Assembly (NCBI GenBank): GCA_951406725.2 | Contig: OX597830.1 | Coordinates: 67,580,001 to 67,644,000, forward strand | DNA: 64,000 nt | Direction: 5' to 3' | DNA from: Octopus vulgaris | Taxonomy: Eukaryota | Shown: positions 51,601 through 64,000 of the stretch, in pieces | Layout of the letters: every line of letters starts with the position of its first letter | How positions within the stretch are numbered: position 1 is the first letter of the stretch | Program-made: the position numbers and the translations under genes | The notes under the pieces: generated by a model | The model's input: the letters and a program-made list of their open reading frames with translations, nothing else | Databases searched by the model: none | Told to the model about the DNA's origin: nothing

Positions 51601-52384
51601 CATTTCAAAAATTAAAGTTTATTGAAAATTTTAGAATTTGGTATATTAATGTACCTTTCCAAGCTAACTTGCTGGAGTTATTAAATTTTTTCAGAAAAAT
51701 GTTTTTAAAAAGTATATCTTTTTCATGTGAAACTGCAACTTGTTCACTGACAAAAAGTGGTGCTGCATTTCAGAAATGTCACAGTTTTTGAATGACAAAA
51801 ATTTGGGATCATAGCAAAAATAAATATTTAAGTGAAGATGACAGCCTTTGATTATGTCTTTATGGCTAACTTGTGTCTTTTGGCATATAATTGCAGGTCA
51901 GATATACATGTAGTATAAGTGCAGGTATGTAGTATAGGGGTGGCCATCGGATTCTGAAGAGTCTTCTATAAAGCCAAGCACTTATAGATGTAAAATTATT
52001 GTTCACTCTATGACTGGATATATATTTAACTTCATATAAATTTCATTTATGGTCTAACTTTTAAAGTGCACTTCTTTTACGGATATATGATCCACTGATG
52101 ATATATATATATGTGTGTGTATGTGTGTAAAGAGGGTGAGAGAAAGGGAGAGATATAAAATGAGAGAGAGAGAGAGGGGAGAGGCTGATGAAAAGTCAGA
52201 CAAACAATTAGTGATATTTTACAAGTTTCCAAATTATTAAAATTTACTTTTACTATAAACGATATCTAAATACATTTCTTGCCAGCATATTTTTAGTTGT
52301 CACCCACTAAAGAAGGAGAAGTAAAAATCAATTTATTTATGATTCACAACATGAACTGATAAAATAATAAATCTATTATCTTAC

Positions 52385-52479
52385 TTGAAAGGAAGTCCAT
52401 TCTGTAAATAATTTATTCAGTGCATTTTCAATTCTTTCCCATTTGAATGTAAGCTTCAAATTTCTGCATTTGATCTTTG
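52385..52479 (-). CDS. TRPM-like exon: (T)KIKCRNLKLTFKWERIENALNKLFTEWTSFQ
   Basis: attacag| acceptor, |gtaaga donor; 95 nt, phase 1 to 0; corresponds to TRPM 'QLKLAL.WNRVDIA...IF'. Confidence 0.85.
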
Positions 52480-52607
52480 CTGTAATATAGATTTTACAAG
52501 AAATAATTCAACTGATATTAAAATGTTCTTTTACGAAATCAAAATACTTAATATCATCAACATGACTAATATGGTATCTTATAATTCCTATACACATCAC
52601 TTCAGAA

Positions 52608-52828
52608 GGCAATGAGCTGGCAGAATCCTTAACATGCTGGGCAAAATGATTGTCTGCATTTCTTCCTGCTTTACATTCTGACTTCATATTCCACCGAGGT
52701 TAACTTTTACTTTAATCTTTTTCAATTCAATGAAATGAATATCAGTTGAACACTGGAGTCAATGTACTTAACTAACATCCTCCCCACAAATTTCAGGTCT
52801 TGTCCCTTTAGTAGAAAGGATTATTATT
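52608..52828 (+). mobile_element. SINE family B with (ATT)n tail
   Basis: ggcaatgagctggcagaatcc...gtagaaaggattattatt. Confidence 0.75.
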
Positions 52829-52869
52829 TGATGAAAATTCTCGCTTATTTTTATGGGTATGATGGAAAA

Positions 52870-53410
52870 TGTCAGCTCTCCTCACACAGCAGACTAAGGA
52901 GACACTTGTTTATTGAAGAACCCGAACCTTGCAGAGAACTCTTGCAGTTCCAAACAATGCTGATTTTTTGTAGACGTTCTGTCTTTACATTCGTACAAAT
53001 CATTTTGAGCCATGTTGGTTGTTGAGTGCTGATACTTCCAATTGCATCAATTGCTCCTGGTATCACATTCACTCTCTTCATTGATTAAAACCTATTTATT
53101 TCCCACTTCAAATTGTCATAGTTGTTTATTTTTTCTCCTTTATCTTCAATCCTATCATCACCAGGATCTACTCTGTTAATTTTCATGCAAGCCTTTCTTT
53201 CTTGTTCACCACCGTAATGTCAGGTTTTAAATGTCTGATCTGGTGGTCACACTGAAACACTGCATCCCACAGGAATTTACAATCATCATTCTCAGTAACT
53301 CCTTCTGTGATTTGAACACACCACATATTTACTCTTTGTTGGCTGTAATTTCCAGAAAGCTTCCAATGGATCATTCCCACCATATTGCCATGTCATCTCT
53401 TATATTCATG
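52870..53410 (-). mobile_element. R4/Dong-like retrotransposon RLE fragment
   Basis: 'IHWKL', 'KFLWDAVFQCDHQIRHLKPDITVVNK', 'VIPGAI', 'ERLQK'. Confidence 0.75.
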
Positions 53411-54294
53411 TTGTGCCAATTTCGAGGATCTTTTGTATCTGTCCTGGTCATGAGAGCCAATTTCAGGCATCCTTTGTATCTGTCTTGGCTATAGGAGCCA
53501 GTGCCTGGTACAGCATCAGTGTATTTATTATCATTGTTGTTGTTGATATTGTCATTATTATGCTATAATTGTTCAACATTTGGTAGATTGAGACAAATTT
53601 CTACTGCATCACCTGCTACACCTCTGTGTTGCTGGGGTATGTGCAGCATTGCATGTTATTTTATGCTGTTGGGTGTGTACAAACTTTACCTGGCATTCTA
53701 TTGTGTTAGTTTCTTTTTTTTCTCTTGAGTTGTACTGCTTGTATTGTGTGTAAGGCATTGGTTAACTAGATGGTGGTGAAAGTTTATTTCACTGGGTAAT
53801 TGCTGTGTAGAGTGTGTCTTATATTTATGGGTTGTTTTGTTTAGGTTGTATTATGGAATTGATAGTGTTTTGCATAAGATGTGGGCTGTTCCTAGCAGGG
53901 TTAAATTTTTTTTGGTAGTGTGTGTGTGTGTCTGACCAGAAAAAACTATAGTGTTCTTGCAATAAAAGGGTGTTTACATTTTCGAATACTCAGGGAGAAA
54001 GGAAAGCATAGATATTCACAGTGAGTTCTAGATATTAAAGTTTCAACATTTTTAAAGCTGATTCTTTGTGTTCAGCCAGAGAAAACTGAAGATAAGCAAG
54101 TTTTTAAACTTATTTTGAAGGAAATTCAAAATACTCACAGGAAATTATAGATATTCCAGTTTTTGAGTTATTTTTCAGTTGTTCTGCTGGGTTGTATTAG
54201 TGTTTCTGTGTCTTCAGTTGCTGACTGGTCAGAACAGAGAAGATCACATCCAGCTGCTGCTGCTGCTCTTCTTCTTCTTCTTCTTCTTATTATT

Positions 54295-54995
54295 ATTATT
54301 ATTCAGTAGTTTTATTTTTATAACATGCTTTCACTTCACTACCGAGCACAGCTCTGTGTGCCTTGGGTATGTGCTGTGGTTTGCTGTGATGCTCTTACTG
54401 TATTGAAAGTGTTTTGCGTAGAAAGTGTGCAGTGCCCAGTAGTGCAATTTTCTGTATGTTATATATATATTTGTAAATCCTGGTGTTTTTGTTAAGTATT
54501 TGTCTGAATATTTTTTTTATCATACCTAACATGCCCATTATGATAGGAATTGTTTCTGTTTTTAGATTCCTCATTTGAGTTACCTCTATTTCCAGGTTTT
54601 TGTATTTTGAAAGTGTCGCCATTTCTTTTATAGACACGTTGTCATCTGCTGGTATTGATACATCAATTAGGAAGCATTTTTTTCCTTCATGCTCTCTGAC
54701 AACTATATCTGGTCTATTGGCCTTAATTTCACTATCTCTGTGTATAGGCATATCCCAAAGTATGGTTGCTTTCTCATTTTGTGTGACCTTTTTTGGTGTG
54801 TGCTTATATCATCCTTTTTCTGTTATTATTCCATAGTGTTGGCATATCTTCCAGTATATGTAGGTCCCAACTCTGTCGTGTCTGAGAATATATTCCTTCT
54901 TAGCCAGGACTGGTCAGCCAGAGATAATATGATTTATTGTTTCTTCTCCATCGCCACATATTCTGCAGTTACTTGTTATGTTTCTTTTCATTATG
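54295..54995 (-). mobile_element. R4/Dong-like retrotransposon 3' end (CCHC, RLE) with (AAT)n-type tail
   Basis: 'CRICGDGEETINHIISG', 'ANRPDIVV...CFLIDVSIP', 'IQKIALLGTAHFLRKTL'. Confidence 0.88.
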
Positions 54996-55056
54996 AAAGT
55001 CATATTCATTAGAAAATATAAAAAACTAAAAATTAAATTTAAAAAATATTTCTTAC

Positions 55057-55247
55057 TTTTATATACAGCCTTGAAGATTGCTACATCAAAGTCTTCATCT
55101 GAATTTATATCATAAACAGTTAGCAAGTTTTGTCGTCTTAGGGAACTCAGCACACAGTTACCTGTGTTATTTACCTCTTTTGTTTTCAAACCCTTAAATT
55201 CTTCAGTAATTTTATCTCTGATATCAGTTTTCAGTTTTTGTAGTGAT
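55057..55247 (-). CDS. TRPM-like exon: SLQKLKTDIRDKITEEFKGLKTKEVNNTGNCVLSSLRRQNLLTVYDINSDEDFDVAIFKAVYK
   Basis: cttttctttctag| acceptor, A|gtaaga donor; 191 nt, phase 2 to 1; matches TRPM 'LLTVF....DLD.AIL.ALLK'. Confidence 0.85.
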
Positions 55248-55359
55248 CTAGAAAGAAAAGTTAATTCAAAATATATAAACCTTTCTATAGTGATTAAAAG
55301 AAAGTTATATATAAAGAATAATCTAAAGTCTACACTGATGTCACAAACAAGATTACTAC

Positions 55360-55368
55360 CTTGGTGCC
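55360..55368 (-). CDS. Candidate 9-nt microexon of the TRPM-like gene (adds about A-P-R)
   Basis: atttctctttag|GGCACCAAG|gtagta; symmetric phase 2/2 between two phase-2 junctions; donor is weak. Confidence 0.35.
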
Positions 55369-56249
55369 CTAAAGAGAAATAATGTTAACTAAGCTACACT
55401 ATTAGTAACACAGATGACAAATGATATTAGCTGAAGAACCTCACTCTTGATGGAACAGGCCTTAATTAACAGAGAAAGGGCACCATCCATAATCTTTACA
55501 GGACATCTAAGATTGGTGAAGGAAAGACATGTATAAACCACAACTAATGGGTTGCTGTAAATCAATTCTTGAATCTTGTAAATAGTTAACCTGGAAGTCA
55601 TAGTATTGGGAGGCCTGACAAGAAATGAGGTTGTCTCTAGAGAGGTTATTCATAATACCTCTGTCATATATGGTGGTAGGCCTCTTTTGGAGAACCACTT
55701 CCATATCTGTCCACAAAAAAACAGTATTGTGAATCATGGCATCATGTTATCCTCTCACTGATGATCTGGTCTGAGTGCTTGTAACATTTTGGATTTTGTT
55801 AAAAGCAATGAAGGACCAAGTGGTCCTGTTGAACCACCACCAGGTACTTCAGTGTTTAATAATGGAATGGATTGAGTTTACAACTAGAGACAGTGCACCT
55901 AAAATTGATTAAACTTATGCTAGATTAATTCATATTCACCATTTCTATCAATAAATTTCAGTGTCATTTCATAAGAGTAAGTCCTGATACCTACTACTTG
56001 ATCTTATTCTTTAAATTGGATGGAAAAAGAAATAGACAAATCTAAACAGCACCAGGCATGTCCTGAATTGAGTCCACTATACGTCCCCAGCAAATATGTA
56101 GCCTTATGTTAACAAAGGAAATCAATATTATAATTATTAGCAGTGTCATGTCATACTGGCAAAAATTTGAGTCCTTAGTAAGAGATATCTGATGAGTGAT
56201 CAGTTTCAACCAAAGGGGGAGGGGTTTTATGTTAGCTGTGTAAGGGCAC

Positions 56250-61470
<5,221 letters not shown>

Positions 61471-61729
61471 GACAGGAATTGGCTCTTGGATGGGGAGGTG
61501 TGGTTTTCCTATTCTGCTTGCAGGTGACTATGGCAACTGAATGATATCTGAGATAAAGTAGTGAAGTGTGTAATGGCTGAGATATGGGGAAATATCTCCA
61601 TGGGGCAGTGGGAATGGCAGTGAGGGTAGAGCTTTACATGTATAAGCATTTTCTAAGGCATATTTTATTATTTTTTTTTTATTTCAGTTCTGTTTTGGTG
61701 GTCAGATTTTCTCAAGCACTGAAAGGTAC

Positions 61730-62262
61730 TAGATATCTCGATCCTTTGTTATTTCCTCCTTAAGGCTCAACATCTTCTGATCAGCCTTCCATGCTTCATG
61801 TCTTACTGAATCTCCCTTTTCTACAAGTTTTTTTCACTTCAAGTGATCAACACTTCTTTATGCAACTATCCTTGTCCATATACATCACCTGATTGAACCA
61901 ACTCACTCTTCTGTCTTACATACTTCATCCAATACATGTTATACCTAACCTTTCTCTTAATACATGTGCATGTTCACTGACATCACACATCCAGTGAAGC
62001 ATACTTGCTGCATCCCTTTCAAGTCTTCATGCGTCATCTGCATTTAGGGCCCATGTCTCACTATTCTGTTGTACTGATCTTTGTACACTAGCATCATACA
62101 ATCTTCCTTTCACTCAGTGAGAAAGCCTCCTTTGTTTGCCAACAGAGGTAAAAGCTCTCTGAACTTTTTTACCATTCTATTCTTATTCTAGCAATTACAC
62201 TTTCAGAACTTCCTCCTCCACTGCTAATTAGGCCATACAGGTAACAAAAATCATCTGCAAAC
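61730..62262 (-). mobile_element. Decayed RTE-clade LINE C-terminal fragment
   Basis: 'ISSGGGSSESVIARIRIEW'; same region as 6130-6590. Confidence 0.75.
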
Positions 62263-62313
62263 TCTTCAACAACAATAACAACAATTATTAATTGATAAAA
62301 ATGAAAAACAAAC

Positions 62314-62393
62314 CCCAAATCCATAAATTCCTTTAGTTTTCCAAATCCTCTTTCATAAGCATATGCCATAATATCTGCTGCTTGACCAGTTCC
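62314..62393 (-). CDS. TRPM-like channel, most 5' exon found in window (SLOG/MHR1-2): GTGQAADIMAYAYERGFGKLKEFMDL(G)
   Basis: ttatcag| acceptor, GG|gtttgt donor; 80 nt, phase 0 to 2; matches TRPM 'GSGRAAD.LAYAY' motif. Confidence 0.8.
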
Positions 62394-64000
62394 CTGATAA
62401 TTAAAAGAAGAAATTTAAAGTGTTTCTATTAATTAATCTAAGAACAAAGAAGTATTTTGAAAAAAATCCTTTAAAATACACTGCTGAATGCCATAATGTC
62501 ACCCTGTTGTTAGAGTCACTATACATGAGGAATTTCATGTAAACTTAGCCATAAAACATCCAGGCATGATATACAGAGGCATTATTAGAACTAGACTTTG
62601 GAGACAATAGTAAAGTAGATAGAGTCAACTGCTGTTCTTGTATGAGACTGAACCAAATTGTTCTGGTACCAATTCCTTAGAGTTGAGTTGTGACAATTTA
62701 AAATAAAGACATCGGCAAAGAAACAGAATAGTGGATTTGAACTCTTAATCCTCTGGTTCATCTGTGCACCTGGATAATTTGATTGAAACAGAGAAATGGA
62801 TAGATAGATTGATTTCTTCCACTGTTCTATCTATTTCTAGCTACGAACAGAAGTTGACAGCAATCCTTCTTGGAGTGTGACAATTACTGTGCTTCTGTAC
62901 TTGTCTCTATCGATTTGTTTCTCAGCACAGAGCTTGAGATTAAATAAGCTAATGTGTTTGAGGGTTTTAGCTTCATTGAATAGATAACAGCAAAGATTGA
63001 GTGGAGTTTTAATAAACTCTGCCTATGCATATTCAGGTGGAATTTTCATTTCAAACATTTTGGTTTTATTGTATAGGCTGTTGTTGCTGCTTAAATCAAC
63101 ATTAGCCTTGATCAAGTTGACTTTTGATCAAAGGGCATTCAAGCCATGATCATCTCATTCTTTAGCATATTAACAACTATAACATCTAATGTGTCCTTTC
63201 ATTTTGTTAGCTGCTCATGGTGGGTTGCTGCTGCTGATGTCCATTGTCTTTGTGTTGTGACAGTGTTATGGTCTGCCTTTGGTTTTGCTACTGTCTGCTG
63301 AGTGCTGTGTCCAGTTTATTGTCTACCATTTGTCTGTAGTGGCTAAAATGCAATGAATGTATAACTATGGTCTTGGTCAGAAAATGTGCGCTAAAAATAA
63401 AATTGTGGTTAGACCTGATTCCACACAAAGCTTTGAATGGTCAGTATTTTAGTAAATCACTATCATATTCTTGAGTTGTTTCTTTATACCAGACATAATG
63501 ATCCATGTTTGATTTCCAAGTTTTGAAGATGCTAAACATCTCCTGCAACAATTTTATTATGAAAATGGTTTATATATCTTTGAAAATGGTTTATATATAG
63601 TTTGTAAGAATGAGAAATGGACTATTTTGTGATCTTTGTAGATTGTCAAGAGATTAGGGGTTCAGATAGGGCTAATATGATGTAGGATGGATCTTTGTGT
63701 TGGTCAAATTATAGTACCTTTCACTGTTTATAGTTTGCTCCAACTTAACTCTTGCCTTCTTTTAGGATGTCTTGTAAATGTAGTGAAGGTATTGTTGGTA
63801 GTTTTTAGTAGGAAGGACAAGTTCTTTGTTTCCTTTAAAACAGAAGCTATTAGAGTTCTTTGATTACTTCATGTCTTTCAACATGTTAGAACTACAGTGT
63901 CTATGATAACATTTTCCCTTAAGTCGTTAATATCAAGAAAATAAATTATTATTCATGGTTCAATTCAGAGACAGATTTTTTAAAGAACATTTGTTATAAA

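Noticed and set aside
54914-55189. ORF fusing TRPM sequence to a CCHC zinc knuckle
   Set aside because: Read-through past the splice donor at 55056 into an adjacent R4/Dong fragment; not a real chimera unless the intron is retained.

Overview
AT-rich, repeat-dense animal genomic DNA. The SINE/LINE families and (TA)n/(ATAC)n/(AAT)n load look like an octopus (coleoid cephalopod) genome; this is inferred from recognised repeats, not tested. The window lies inside one minus-strand gene for a divergent TRPM-family cation channel. I traced 13 GT-AG exons with consistent phases (1542 nt, 514 codons), from the SLOG/MHR1-2 'GTGQAAD' motif through MHR3/4, pre-S1 and S1-S4 to the S4-S5 linker 'NLGPKLIMIKEM'. 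Both gene ends lie outside the window. Two further frame-preserving candidate microexons (18 nt and 9 nt) have canonical splice dinucleotides. The introns hold decayed RTE, CR1, Tx1/L1 and R4/Dong-like LINEs, Penelope-like elements with minimal hammerhead ribozymes, tRNA-derived SINEs, a Buster/Charlie hAT fossil, a Helitron, MITEs and a probable solo LTR. Also present are a 55-bp minisatellite derived from a LINE endonuclease motif, a 5.2-kb purine-skewed ~70-bp satellite and a ~195-nt hairpin. There is no CRISPR array, rRNA or true tRNA gene. Exon coordinates were read by eye; repeat boundaries are approximate.
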